NCBI GenBank assembly: GCA_964512635.1
Contig: CAZEJB010000004.1
Coordinates: forward strand, 51,822 to 115,821
DNA length: 64,000 bases
From: an uncultured Planctomycetales bacterium
Lineage (GTDB): Bacteria > 4484-113 > JAFGCY01
Reading direction: 5' to 3'
The notes below the pieces were generated by a model. It ran no database searches, was not told where the DNA came from, and saw nothing but the letters and a program-made list of their open reading frames with translations. The translations under genes were made by a program, and so were the position numbers. Below are positions 9,921 to 19,279 of the stretch, one piece after another. The stretch's first letter is position 1. Each line of letters starts with the position of its first letter.

Positions 9921-10412
9921 ATGAGTAAATTCGAACAGTCCCGGCTGGAAGGGCCTCACGCGTTGCTGCCGCGGATGGCAGGCGAGTGGGCCGGTACGGC
10001 CAAGCTGTGGTTTGAGCGTGACCAGCTGGTGGAGGAGAACAAGGTCCGCTGCAGCACCGCGGCGATCCTTGGCGGGCGCTTCTTACGCTGTGATTACAGC
10101 GCGAAGACGCAGGAGTTTGACAGCGAGGGCGCTGGGATCTATGGCTATGACATCCAGCGCGGACTGTGGGTGGGTTCGTGGGTCGACAGCTATCACAACG
10201 GCACGACTATCATGAACTCCGAAGGCGACGGCAAGGAAGTCGCCAACGGTTTCTCCGTGCTGGGTAAGTACAGCGACGGCCAGGGCGGGTTCTGGGGCTG
10301 GCGCACCGAGCTTCGCCTCGACGGTCCCGAGCACCTGGTGATCGCGCACTTCAACATCCCGCCGGGCGAGCCCGAGTACATCGCGGTGGAATACGCGATG
10401 GGCCGGGTGTAG
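9921..10412 (+). CDS. DUF1579-like (lipocalin-like) hypothetical protein
   Basis: 163 aa. AGGAGC RBS 6 nt upstream of the ATG. N-terminal HALLPRMAGEWAGTAKLWFE pattern recalls the DUF1579 family. Assignment from memory only. Confidence 0.4.
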   Translation: MSKFEQSRLEGPHALLPRMAGEWAGTAKLWFERDQLVEENKVRCSTAAILGGRFLRCDYSAKTQEFDSEGAGIYGYDIQRGLWVGSWVDSYHNGTTIMNSEGDGKEVANGFSVLGKYSDGQGGFWGWRTELRLDGPEHLVIAHFNIPPGEPEYIAVEYAMGRV

Positions 10413-10420
10413 GTCTGGTA

Positions 10421-10575
10421 GGGGTGGGGCTTGTCCCCACCTGGATTTGTAGTGACTCAAGGACATGCGCCCTTCTTGTAGCGGCGAGTCTTGACTCGCC
10501 CTCTCAAATGGAAAAGTATGGCGGGTCAAGACCCGCCCCTACAAACAGAAAGGGCCGGGGACAAGCCCACGGCCC
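10421..10575. repeat. nested imperfect palindrome (four hairpins; outer and inner pairs mutually reverse-complementary) in convergent intergenic region
   Basis: H1 GGTGGGGcttgtCCCCACC; H2 GGCGAGTCttGACTCGCC; H3 GGCGGGTCaaGACCCGCC; H4 GGGCCGgggacaagcccaCGGCCC. The H1 core gggcttgtcccc is the reverse complement of H4 ggggacaagccc. H3 is approximately the reverse complement of H2. Confidence 0.5.
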
Positions 10576-10640
10576 TGCAAAATCCTGGGAGCGCCAGCCA
10601 TGGGCTGGCGGCAGTAGGCCAGGCTATGCCTGGCGCACCA

Positions 10641-11081
10641 TTAACTCGCGCTGGCGACGAGCTTGGCGTTCAGGTTGATAGGCACAGCCCCGAGCGCGCG
10701 GCTGATCGGGCAGCCGCTCTTGGTCGCCGTCGCGATTTCCTGGAACTGCTCGGCGGAGATATTCGGCACCTCGGCTTCGCAGTCCAGGTCGATCTGGTTG
10801 ACCGTCGGCTTGCCGTCCACAGCGTTGAGGTGAACGTTGGCCGTGGTGCGAACCCAGTTAGGGGTGAAGCCGGCCTCGGACAGACCATGAGCCAGCGCCA
10901 TGCTGAAGCAGCCGCTGTGGGCCGCGCCGATCAACTCTTCCGGGTTGGTGCTGGGCCCGGTCTCGAAGCGTGAGACAAAGTCGTAGGCGGTGTTGCTGAG
11001 GACACCGCTCTCGGTGGAAATGCTGCCCTTGCCTTCCTTAAGGTTGCCGTGCCACTCGCTGGTGGCGTGACGTATGGACAT
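10641..11081 (-). CDS. OsmC/Ohr-family peroxiredoxin-like protein
   Basis: 146 aa. N-terminal RHATSEWHGNLKEGKGSISTESG and a two-cysteine arrangement (SGCFSMALAHGL ... SGCPISRAL) typical of OsmC. Confidence 0.75.
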   Translation of the reverse strand: MSIRHATSEWHGNLKEGKGSISTESGVLSNTAYDFVSRFETGPSTNPEELIGAAHSGCFSMALAHGLSEAGFTPNWVRTTANVHLNAVDGKPTVNQIDLDCEAEVPNISAEQFQEIATATKSGCPISRALGAVPINLNAKLVASAS

Positions 11082-11171
11082 GTTCTGGCCTCCTGTTCCT
11101 GATTTGGATTACTAATCCTACCGTGTACCGCGTAAAGCAGGTGTATGTTTCGTGACTGCTATCATCGGGCG

Positions 11172-11831
11172 GTGTATATCCCCCGGCACTTCAGGCAGGA
11201 CGAGCCCGCGACGCTTCGCAATTTTATGGTTCGCCACAGCTTTGCGATCCTCAGTATTGCTGCCGCTTCGCGACCAGAGGCCGTGCATCTGCCGCTGCTC
11301 TGGCGCCCGAGAGACTGTGAAGACCGCCAGTGCGAGCTGGGGGTCCTGGTAGGGCATGTCGCACGCGCAAATCCAATCTGGCAGGCCATGGATGGTCAGC
11401 GCGAGGCCCTTGTCATCTTCAGCGGGCCGCACGCCTATGTCTCAGCGCGCTGGTACATTAGCCGACCGCAGGTGCCAACCTGGAATTATCAGGCAGTACA
11501 CGCTTACGGCGTTCCGCGCCTGCTTGAAGGGGAGAAAAGCGCCGTCGATATGCTGCAGGAGCTGGCAGCAAAATACGAGGGAGCACTCACGGACGTTGAT
11601 GAGAAGCACAAGCCCTGGACCATGGCGGACGAGCCGGAGTACAGTGCTGCACTGCTGGGTGGGATAGTGGCTTTCGAGATGCCCATAAGTGAGCTGCAGG
11701 GAAAGTTCAAGCTGAGCCAAAACAAGCTGAAGGAAGACCGCGCTGGTGTGATTGAAGGGCTGGCACTTCAGGACGACGCCGCGAGCAGGGATGTTGCCGC
11801 GCTGATGCAGGATTACATTGATCAAAGATAG
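11172..11831 (+). CDS. FMN-binding negative transcriptional regulator, PaiB family
   Basis: YIPRHFRQDEPATLRNFMVRHSFAILS is the characteristic PaiB N-terminus. The track ORF starts at 11145; GTG at 11172 gives the canonical (M)YIP start. Confidence 0.65.
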   Translation: MYIPRHFRQDEPATLRNFMVRHSFAILSIAAASRPEAVHLPLLWRPRDCEDRQCELGVLVGHVARANPIWQAMDGQREALVIFSGPHAYVSARWYISRPQVPTWNYQAVHAYGVPRLLEGEKSAVDMLQELAAKYEGALTDVDEKHKPWTMADEPEYSAALLGGIVAFEMPISELQGKFKLSQNKLKEDRAGVIEGLALQDDAASRDVAALMQDYIDQR

Positions 11832-11864
11832 CCCCAATGACCTGGGGCCGGCGGGGGAAGGTAA

Positions 11865-11942
11865 TGGTCGGGCGGGCGAGATTCGAACTCGCGACCCCTA
11901 GTCCCCCAGACTAGTGCGCTAACCGGGCTGCGCCACCGCCCG
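11865..11942 (-). tRNA. tRNA-Pro (anticodon GGG)
   Basis: The reverse complement folds as a cloverleaf: acceptor CGGGCGG/CCGCCCG, D-arm GCGC-AGCCCGGTTA-GCGC, anticodon arm CTAGT-CTGGGGG-ACTAG (anticodon GGG), T-arm GCGAG-TTCGAAT-CTCGC, discriminator A and encoded CCA. Confidence 0.85.
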
Positions 11943-12110
11943 AACGAAGGGCCATTATACCTGCTGAACAGATTTCCTGCAGCGCAGCCCTAATCAGATG
12001 GAGGGCAGATATTGGCCAGGCGGCCGGCAGGCACCTTGCTTCAAGAATGGAACAGCAGCGACATCGGGCCCGTCAGTGGATTCGTGACCATAATCACGGT
12101 TTACAGGATC

Positions 12111-12139
12111 TTGTTTCACTCCCCACCGCGCTGTATACT
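12111..12139 (+). promoter_or_regulatory. sigma70-like promoter candidate (TTGTTT-17 nt-TATACT) with a ~110-nt leader upstream of the cytidylyltransferase gene
   Basis: -35 TTGTTT at 12111-12116, exact 17-nt spacer, -10 TATACT at 12134-12139. GGAGG RBS at 12236-12240 precedes the ATG at 12251. Confidence 0.3.
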
Positions 12140-12250
12140 GTTTGTGTTGACCACACTCTTCGGCCAACCCGGGCGCAGGCCCGTCTCCATTCCCACACGG
12201 GGCATCTTACCTATTCAAGAGCCAATCTCCAAACCCGGAGGCGTTTCCGC

Positions 12251-12970
12251 ATGCGTAAAGTAATAATCCTTCAGGCCCGCATGGCCAGCTCGCGCTTTCC
12301 AAACAAAGTGCTGGCTGAGCTGAGCGGCAAGCCCATGATCGCGCACATCATCGAGAGGCTCAAGGCCAGCAAACTGGCCGATGAGCTGAACGTTGCCATT
12401 CCGGCGGAGCCCAGCGAAGATGCACTGGCTGCCGCGCTGGAAGGCTATGGTGTGACGATCAGCCGTGGACATCCGACGGACGTACTGGGCCGCTATATTC
12501 AGGCGGCCTATCAGACCGGCGCCGAACTGATTGTTCGCGCGACCGCAGATAACCCCTTTGTCTGCCCGGAGAATCTGGACAACCAGCTTCAGGCCGTGCT
12601 TGACAACCCCGAGACAGATTATGTGTTTACCGAAGGCCTTCCCGTCGGCGTGACGGTTGAGACCTTCAATCTCAAGACTCTTGAGAAACTCGATTTCCTG
12701 GCGCGCAGTAACAACCACCGTGAGCATGTCACGCTCTACCTGCGCGAGCATCCCGGTCCCTTTGTTACCCGCACCCTGCATGCTCCCGCTGAGCTCAACC
12801 GACCGAACTTCCGCCTGACGGTTGATACACCCGCCGAGCTTGAGCGCGTCCAGGGCCTGTATAACAAAGTCTGGCAGCCCGGAGGCATTGCAGATCTCGC
12901 GGCGGCGGTACGCATCTACGACGAAAACCCATCTGAATATGAGCAGGTTGCCAGCGCGGCATCTGCCTAG
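12251..12970 (+). CDS. sugar-nucleotide cytidylyltransferase (SpsF / acylneuraminate cytidylyltransferase family)
   Basis: MRKVIILQARMASSRFPNKVLAELSGKPMIAHIIERL is the family N-terminus (QAR-x-S-R-x-PNK motif). GGAGG RBS upstream. The upstream 68 codons of the track ORF 12047..12970 are probably non-coding. Confidence 0.7.
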   Translation: MRKVIILQARMASSRFPNKVLAELSGKPMIAHIIERLKASKLADELNVAIPAEPSEDALAAALEGYGVTISRGHPTDVLGRYIQAAYQTGAELIVRATADNPFVCPENLDNQLQAVLDNPETDYVFTEGLPVGVTVETFNLKTLEKLDFLARSNNHREHVTLYLREHPGPFVTRTLHAPAELNRPNFRLTVDTPAELERVQGLYNKVWQPGGIADLAAAVRIYDENPSEYEQVASAASA

Positions 12971-13026
12971 CCTGGAGAAGGCGTTCGAGCAACAGCCGCC
13001 GCAAGGCGGCTGTTTGCTTTTCATGG

Positions 13027-13632
13027 TTGCCGTCCGGGCCTGTTTATACTGGTCTGGTGACTGATCAGACCTCGCGCGTCTTTGAGTGCCCCTGGTGGTG
13101 GGTCGAAGCCCGCAACTATTGCGATCCTGATGGCAACCCGCGGCAGTGGTTTACCGTGTGCCGGCCGAGCCCGGAGACTGTTCACATCCTCGCGCTGACA
13201 GAAGATGGGCAGGTTCCGCTTATTCGCCAATGGAGGCCGGGCCTGCAGGCCTGGCTTTGGGAGTTGCCGGCTGGGATTTGCGATGTCCCGGGTGAGGAAC
13301 TGGCCGTCACGGCCGCGCGCGAGCTTGAAGAGGAAACAGGCTTCAGGCCGATGCGCACGATTCATTTGCTGCGCGGGACGGTCAGTCCAGGCCTGAGCAA
13401 TGAAATGTGGAACGGTTTTCTTTGTCTGAAGCTCACCCGCGTGTCTCATGAACTGGGTGTCCACGGTGAGCAAATCGAGCTGCACCTGACGCCATTTGAC
13501 GAGCTGGAGGAACGCCTGCTTGAGCTGGCAGCCGGCGGTGAACTTGTGGACAGCAAAATATTCGGTCATATTGCTCTCGCCCGCAGGGCGCTGGCGTCAC
13601 TGCCGCCTGAAGCAACTGTAGTCAAACCTTAG
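13027..13632 (+). CDS. NUDIX hydrolase
   Basis: Nudix box GX5EX7REUXEEXGU is present as GEELAVTAARELEEETGF. Confidence 0.75.
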   Translation: MPSGPVYTGLVTDQTSRVFECPWWWVEARNYCDPDGNPRQWFTVCRPSPETVHILALTEDGQVPLIRQWRPGLQAWLWELPAGICDVPGEELAVTAARELEEETGFRPMRTIHLLRGTVSPGLSNEMWNGFLCLKLTRVSHELGVHGEQIELHLTPFDELEERLLELAAGGELVDSKIFGHIALARRALASLPPEATVVKP

Positions 13633-13716
13633 CGCAATGAACTGTGGCATGCGGTATAAAGTCCTGTCTGCTGAGGGTTCTGATGTGGACGCGGGCGCGT
13701 CTAACCAGACTAAATA

Positions 13717-16700
13717 ATGCTTGAATTCTCGCGCCCAATCTGGCTTTTGCTGCTGCTGGTAATCCCGGCACTGGTTTTTGTCGCGCTGCGCCTCAGCTAT
13801 GCCTCTCTCGGACCTTATCAGAAGTGGATCAGCCTTGGCGTCCGGATTATTGTCTGGATCCTGCTGGTCTTCTCCGCTGCCGGTGCTCAGTTTGTCCGCC
13901 ACTCCGACCGCGTCAGCGTTATCGTCGTGCGAGACAGCTCAGACAGCATCGATGACAACCAGGTGGCCCAGGTCACTACTGCCCTTGAGACCGCGCGCCA
14001 GAGCATGCGCAAGGATGATTCACTGGGCAAGGTCAATTTCGGCGCCGATGCTTACCTTGAGTTCCTGCCTCAACCTGGTACTGACGAGCGGATGCTGCAG
14101 GAGTGGCAGACCGAGCCACGCGGCAACTTCACCGACATCGGCGAAGCGATCCAGCTTGCCGTAGCGAGCTTCCCGGACAACGCGCAAAAACGCCTTGTTC
14201 TGATCACCGACGGCAATGAAAACGTTGGCAGTGCCCTGGCCGAGAGCCGGGTGGCCCGGGATAACGACGTTGAGCTCTTTACTGTTCCGCTGACGACGCG
14301 TACCGGTCCGGAAGTTGTACTCGACAGCCTTGAAGCGCCGGAGCGCGCCAGCCTGGGCGAGACGGTTAACGTTCGCTTCGTACTAAACAGCACAGTCGCC
14401 ACCGAGGCGGATGTAACCCTGATGCGCAACGGCGAGTTTGTAGACAAGGCGCCGCTGAGCATCAAGCCGGGGAAGGAAGTCTACGAATTCCCCGTCACCA
14501 TTGATCAGTCCGGGTTTTTTACCTATGAGTTGGCCGTAGAACCACGTCAGGACACAGTAGCCGAGAACAACCGCGCCTACACCTTCAGCGTGGTCCAGGG
14601 CCAGCCGCGACTGCTGTATGCCACCGGCGACCCTGGAGAGCTGGCTTACCTGCCCAAGACCCTGATCAGCCATAACATCGCTGTGGACGTCGTTCCTCCC
14701 AGCGGTATTCCCTACAGTCTCGAAGATTTCCAAGTCTACGACGGCATCATCTTCAGCGATGTGGCGGCCTTTGACATTTCCACTGAGCAGATGAAGATGA
14801 TTCAGGTCATGGTACGCGACTTCGGCCGCGGTTTCATGATGCTCGGCGGGGACAAGAGCTTTGGTGTTGGCGGTTATTACGAGACGCCGATTGAAGAGAC
14901 CCTGCCCGTAGATATGGACTTTCGGCGCAAGCGGGTTACCCCCAGTTCGCTGGTGATCTGCCTGGTCGACAAGTCAGGCTCGATGGCGGCAACGGTTGGC
15001 GGCGTCGAGAAGATCCAGATGGCCAAGGAAGCCTGCATTGAAGTGGTCAAGCTGCAGGGGCCAAGTGACTATGTCGGTGTCATGGGATTTGACGACACCG
15101 GCCAGTGGGTGGTCAAACCCGAAGCAAACGTTGACAAGGGCGCGGTCATCAACACGATCAGCCAGATGCGCGGCGGCGGTGGAACAGACTTGTACCCAGC
15201 ACTGAAGTCCGCCTTTGAAGAAGCCAAGAACATCAAAGTGCAGGTCAAGCACTTCATCATTTTCACCGACGGCATGGTCGCCCCTGGGGACTTCGAAGGT
15301 CTGGCCAAGGAAATGCAGGCCGAGAACTGCACCATGTCCACGGTTGCCTTCGGTACCGACGCCGACATTCCCTTTATGAAGGAACTGGCCCAGCTTGGCG
15401 GTGGCAATATGTATGAAGCCCGCAACCTGCAGGACCTGCCCCGTATTTTCACGCGCGAAGTATTCATGGCCAATAAGGCCACGATCGATGAAGAGCCATT
15501 TATTCCGCGGCCGACCGGGGACAGCCCGCTTTTGTCCGGCATTGCCTGGGGCTCAGCTCCGGCCCTGCTCGGCTATGTCGCAACCTCGGCCAAAGAGCGC
15601 GCACAGGTGCCGCTGGTTACCGGCAAGGAAGATCCCCTGCTGGCCGTCTGGCGTTATGGTCTGGGCAAGAGCGCTGCCTTTACCAGTGATGCCAAGAACC
15701 GCTGGGCCGCGCAGTGGCTGGGCTGGAGCGGCTATGAACGTTTCTTCCTGGGTCTGGCGCGTTGGATCCGCAGCGATCTCGACAGCAGCAATATCGACGT
15801 TAAGACCAGTATCACCGGACGCGAGGGTGTGGTGCAGGTCAGCGCAGTGGGCCAGGACGGCCAGTTTCTGAACCAGAGCAGCTTTGAAGCGCGGATTACT
15901 GATCCGGAGCTTGAAAGCCGCAACGTAAAGCTCGAACAGGTAGGACCGGGCCAGTACGAAGGCCGCTTTGAAGTTGCAGGCAACGGCAACTACTTCGTCA
16001 ACGTTGTTCAGATGGCTGGGGAGAAAGGACAGGAAAAGGCCCCGGTGGGTGCTGCAGCCGGTGGTCTGGCTGTTTCCTACTCGCCGGAATACCGTGACAT
16101 CTCGCCCAACACCTTCCTCCTCAGCCAGATGCAGGAGGGCAGCCTCGCACCGGAAGAAGTCAGCCTGGAAGGGCTTTTTGAGCAGGGTCGCAAGCCGACC
16201 AAGCGTCTTGAAGATGCCTGGGAGCTTTTTACCCTGATTGCTCTGATCCTCTGGCTGCTTGACGTGGCGGCGCGGCGCCTTGTGCTGGATGCGCAGGAAT
16301 GGCAACAGGCCTTTGCCACAGTGCTGGGCGGAACTTCCGGCCGTCGGGCCCAGCGCACGCGCGAAAGTCTGGCCGGGCTGCTGTCAGCCAAGGAGCGCGC
16401 AACTGGCCGTGGATCAGGCCGGCCCGGCAGTATGCCTGGTGAGGAGCGGGCAGGCGAGTGGGATCCGGCGGCGCTGGCCGAAGCTCGTGAGCGGCGTGAG
16501 CGGCTCGACCAGGCCACCGCTGCACGCAGTCGTGCAGGTGCCCCGCCGCCAGTTGAAGGCAAGGGTGCCGCTCAGACCGGCGGTGTGATTTCCGCTCCGC
16601 CAGAGGAGCCGCAGCAGCGCGCAGCCCAGGGTGCCAGCGAGCTTTCCAGCCTGCGGCGCAAGCTGGACTCCAGCGAACAGCGTACCGCAACAGGGAGTGG

Positions 16701-16842
16701 AACCTTTAAGCCAATGGATCCACCGGCCGGCACCTCTCAGCCTGCTGCGACGCCCCCGCCTAAGCCTGCAGCCCCGATGACCGAGCGTGACTTCACCAGC
16801 CGTCTGCTGGACCGCAAACGTAAGAAGCAGGACGACGAATGA
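13717..16842 (+). CDS. BatA-like aerotolerance-type membrane protein with VWA domain(s) and long C-terminal Pro/Ala/Arg-rich disordered tail
   Basis: N-terminal MLEFSRPIWLLLLLVIPALVFVALRLSY plus second TM helix WISLGVRIIVWILLVFSAAG is the BatA-type N-domain. VWA-like DxSxS motifs (VVRDSSDSID, CLVDKSGSMA). The last ~250 aa are low complexity. Confidence 0.65.
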   Translation: MLEFSRPIWLLLLLVIPALVFVALRLSYASLGPYQKWISLGVRIIVWILLVFSAAGAQFVRHSDRVSVIVVRDSSDSIDDNQVAQVTTALETARQSMRKDDSLGKVNFGADAYLEFLPQPGTDERMLQEWQTEPRGNFTDIGEAIQLAVASFPDNAQKRLVLITDGNENVGSALAESRVARDNDVELFTVPLTTRTGPEVVLDSLEAPERASLGETVNVRFVLNSTVATEADVTLMRNGEFVDKAPLSIKPGKEVYEFPVTIDQSGFFTYELAVEPRQDTVAENNRAYTFSVVQGQPRLLYATGDPGELAYLPKTLISHNIAVDVVPPSGIPYSLEDFQVYDGIIFSDVAAFDISTEQMKMIQVMVRDFGRGFMMLGGDKSFGVGGYYETPIEETLPVDMDFRRKRVTPSSLVICLVDKSGSMAATVGGVEKIQMAKEACIEVVKLQGPSDYVGVMGFDDTGQWVVKPEANVDKGAVINTISQMRGGGGTDLYPALKSAFEEAKNIKVQVKHFIIFTDGMVAPGDFEGLAKEMQAENCTMSTVAFGTDADIPFMKELAQLGGGNMYEARNLQDLPRIFTREVFMANKATIDEEPFIPRPTGDSPLLSGIAWGSAPALLGYVATSAKERAQVPLVTGKEDPLLAVWRYGLGKSAAFTSDAKNRWAAQWLGWSGYERFFLGLARWIRSDLDSSNIDVKTSITGREGVVQVSAVGQDGQFLNQSSFEARITDPELESRNVKLEQVGPGQYEGRFEVAGNGNYFVNVVQMAGEKGQEKAPVGAAAGGLAVSYSPEYRDISPNTFLLSQMQEGSLAPEEVSLEGLFEQGRKPTKRLEDAWELFTLIALILWLLDVAARRLVLDAQEWQQAFATVLGGTSGRRAQRTRESLAGLLSAKERATGRGSGRPGSMPGEERAGEWDPAALAEARERRERLDQATAARSRAGAPPPVEGKGAAQTGGVISAPPEEPQQRAAQGASELSSLRRKLDSSEQRTATGSGTFKPMDPPAGTSQPAATPPPKPAAPMTERDFTSRLLDRKRKKQDDE

Positions 16843-18410
16843 TGACCAGGGTGATGCTCTGGCGCTGTGTTCTTCTGCTGCTCGGATTGATGGGAAATGC
16901 AGGGATTACCGTAGGCTGCCGCTCAGAAAAAACGCAAAATGAGAAAGACGCCGCTGCCGCGCAGGCGATGGCCAGTTCGCACCTTCCGGACACCTACCAG
17001 GCCGGTTGCAGCCAGCGAGCATGGCTTGGCGGCAAGGGTAATGCGGGGGACAGCGGTTACTGCAATGCAAGACTCAAGCTGCCCCTCAACCGCACGCCAG
17101 CCTGGGAGTATTCCTACAGCCAGGCAGAGCTGTCAGACTCAAACCTCAACAGCCTGCTGCACTACGACGGCCGGGTGTATCTTTCGGCTTACTGCCCACA
17201 GATCGTCTGTCTTCGGACACAGGACGGCAGCCAGATATCAAACAGCGTGGAGTTTGCATCGCAGACTTCCGCGGACGCCGGACCACGCGAGTACTTCACC
17301 AGCCTGTATCTGCATCAAAGCGGCCTGCTGCTGGGGAGCGACAACTTCGGCCGCCGTTACTGCTGGCAACCCATAAGTGACGGTATCGAGCGCCGCTGGC
17401 TGCGCAGCGGGCCGACGGAAAAGAACTTCCTTGGTGTCCCGCTGCCTGGCCTGAGCGTGGCTTCCTTTGAAGAAGGACTTGTGGCGATGAAGCTGGAGGA
17501 TGGCGCGAGGGCCTGGGGCGTCCCGGTGCTGCAGCGCAACCGACGCTTCCGCGACAACAGCAACATGGTTGCCACGGATGACGGGACACTGGTGTGGTGC
17601 TCCGGCTACGGCGACATGGAGGCCTTTAAGGGCGAAAGTGGCGAGCCTTTGTGGGCCGCGGCTGTGCCCTCCACCCTGCGCTCCATCGCCCTGGATCAGA
17701 AGAACGCGCTGGCCTATGTCGCTTACCAGAATGAATTAGTGGAGTGCCGCAGCATGGCCGACGGCAGCCTGCTTTGGGACTTTAACTGGGGCGAGCTGAT
17801 TCCGGCTCAGGAGCGCGCTGCGCTGCAGGCCGAGATGGAAGAAGGCGAGACCTATCGTGCGCGGCTGTCTTCACTCACGATTGCTCCGGACGGAGTCGTG
17901 CTTTCTCTGTACAACGGCTATTGCATCAACCTCAGCCGCGCGGGCGAAGTAATCTGGCAGCGCCGCTGCGACAGCATGCTGTTTGACACCCTTGTGCTGG
18001 ATAATGCCTTCCTGCTAACTCAGTTTGCGGCGATTCCGCGCTCGGAGCAGCGCAGGGCGGCGCAAGGCAGCCGGCCGCTCTTGCTGCCACCCTGGCACGG
18101 CTTGCGAGCGCGGCTCTCCAAAGCGGGAATCGACGTGCCGGAGTATAAGGAAGGTCAGCTAAACGTGACTTACTTCGCGGGCCAGCTTGGCGGCGTCGCG
18201 ATAGCGGTCCGCTTTACAGCTGTTGATCCGGCCACTGGCGCGGAGCTGGACAGCCACGAGTCGGATGTCGACTTCGCTGTCGGCCCGGTACCGGCTTACA
18301 ATATGTTGCTCGCCGGCGGTGGCCGGCGCCTGAGTGAGACCTTGAAGACAAGCAGCAAGGAGCCGCGCATAGTGCAGGCTTTTGACTGGCTCGAGTGGGA
18401 GGGGACCTAG
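16839..18410 (+). CDS. PQQ-like beta-propeller repeat lipoprotein (BamB-like fold)
   Basis: Lipobox GITVGC after a signal peptide. Repeated W-x-x-x-G / DG-x-(L/V)-(V/Y) blade-like segments (DGRVYLSAY, DGTLVWCSG, DGSLLWDF, GEVIWQR). ATGA overlap with the upstream gene. Confidence 0.5.
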   Translation: MMTRVMLWRCVLLLLGLMGNAGITVGCRSEKTQNEKDAAAAQAMASSHLPDTYQAGCSQRAWLGGKGNAGDSGYCNARLKLPLNRTPAWEYSYSQAELSDSNLNSLLHYDGRVYLSAYCPQIVCLRTQDGSQISNSVEFASQTSADAGPREYFTSLYLHQSGLLLGSDNFGRRYCWQPISDGIERRWLRSGPTEKNFLGVPLPGLSVASFEEGLVAMKLEDGARAWGVPVLQRNRRFRDNSNMVATDDGTLVWCSGYGDMEAFKGESGEPLWAAAVPSTLRSIALDQKNALAYVAYQNELVECRSMADGSLLWDFNWGELIPAQERAALQAEMEEGETYRARLSSLTIAPDGVVLSLYNGYCINLSRAGEVIWQRRCDSMLFDTLVLDNAFLLTQFAAIPRSEQRRAAQGSRPLLLPPWHGLRARLSKAGIDVPEYKEGQLNVTYFAGQLGGVAIAVRFTAVDPATGAELDSHESDVDFAVGPVPAYNMLLAGGGRRLSETLKTSSKEPRIVQAFDWLEWEGT

Positions 18411-18412
18411 AA

Positions 18413-19279
18413 ATGTGGTCAATGGTTCTTAAGGAATACCGCCAGCGGGCGCGTGGTGTGGCGACGGTCGGCCTGATCATCGCCTATACGCTGATCCTCG
18501 GCGGTGTATCTTTCTTTGTCTATCTGGCGATGTATGCCGCGCTTGCAGCACAGAACGCCCAGGCCTCAGCGGCGGGACGTGCACTTTGCGTTGCCACCTT
18601 CATCGCCCAGATGATCATGGCTCTGATGCTCTCGCTGTCCCTTAACGCCAGCACCATTGCCGCCGAAAAGGATCAGGAAACCTTCGATCTGCTCAACCTG
18701 ACACTCTTCAAGAGCTGGGAGATTGTGCTGGGCAAGTTCTTCTCTTCGACGGGTTTCCTGTTCATTCTGGTCTTTACTGCCGTACCGATTTACACCTTGG
18801 CCTTCACCTTCGGCGGCATCGACATCGGGGCGATGTACCGCCTGGCGGCAGTGGTGACCGGAACAACCCTGCTGATATCCAGCATCGGCCTGTTCTTCTC
18901 CCTGGTCAGTGATGATCTGCGAACAGCCCTTGGCCGCAGCTTCCTGGTCATGATCGTGATCGGAGCAGTGACCCTCTTCCTTGGGCTGGCTCTGGGAGGC
19001 AGCCTGAACTCCAGTCAGCCCAATCCCTTCACTTACTACGGCGGGCTGCTGTCATTCTTCGTTAACCCGCTCTGGGCCGCGATTGACGTCCTGGGATCAC
19101 CGCTCAGTGGACAGCTTGCCTGGGGCAGCAACGGCGGTGCCGTGCCCTTTGTCATCAACTCCGGCATGCTCTGGGCCTTCACAGCCGGCTTCCAGACTCT
19201 CTGCGCCGCCGGCCTGCTGGCGGTCACTTCGATGATCTACCCACGCTACCGCGCCAGCCGTCAGGGAGGTGTGGCATGA
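18413..19279 (+). CDS. ABC-2 family transporter permease (NosY/GldF-like)
   Basis: Six predicted TM helices. The AAEKDQETFDLLNLT motif is characteristic of ABC-2 permeases. RBS GGGAGGGGA 9 nt upstream of the ATG at 18413. No ATPase gene in the operon. Confidence 0.5.
   Translation: MWSMVLKEYRQRARGVATVGLIIAYTLILGGVSFFVYLAMYAALAAQNAQASAAGRALCVATFIAQMIMALMLSLSLNASTIAAEKDQETFDLLNLTLFKSWEIVLGKFFSSTGFLFILVFTAVPIYTLAFTFGGIDIGAMYRLAAVVTGTTLLISSIGLFFSLVSDDLRTALGRSFLVMIVIGAVTLFLGLALGGSLNSSQPNPFTYYGGLLSFFVNPLWAAIDVLGSPLSGQLAWGSNGGAVPFVINSGMLWAFTAGFQTLCAAGLLAVTSMIYPRYRASRQGGVA

Noticed and set aside
12047-12250. Upstream 68-codon extension of the cytidylyltransferase ORF
   Set aside because: The family-typical MRKVIIL start with a GGAGG RBS is at 12251. 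The extension has no coding-like features and overlaps the predicted promoter and leader.
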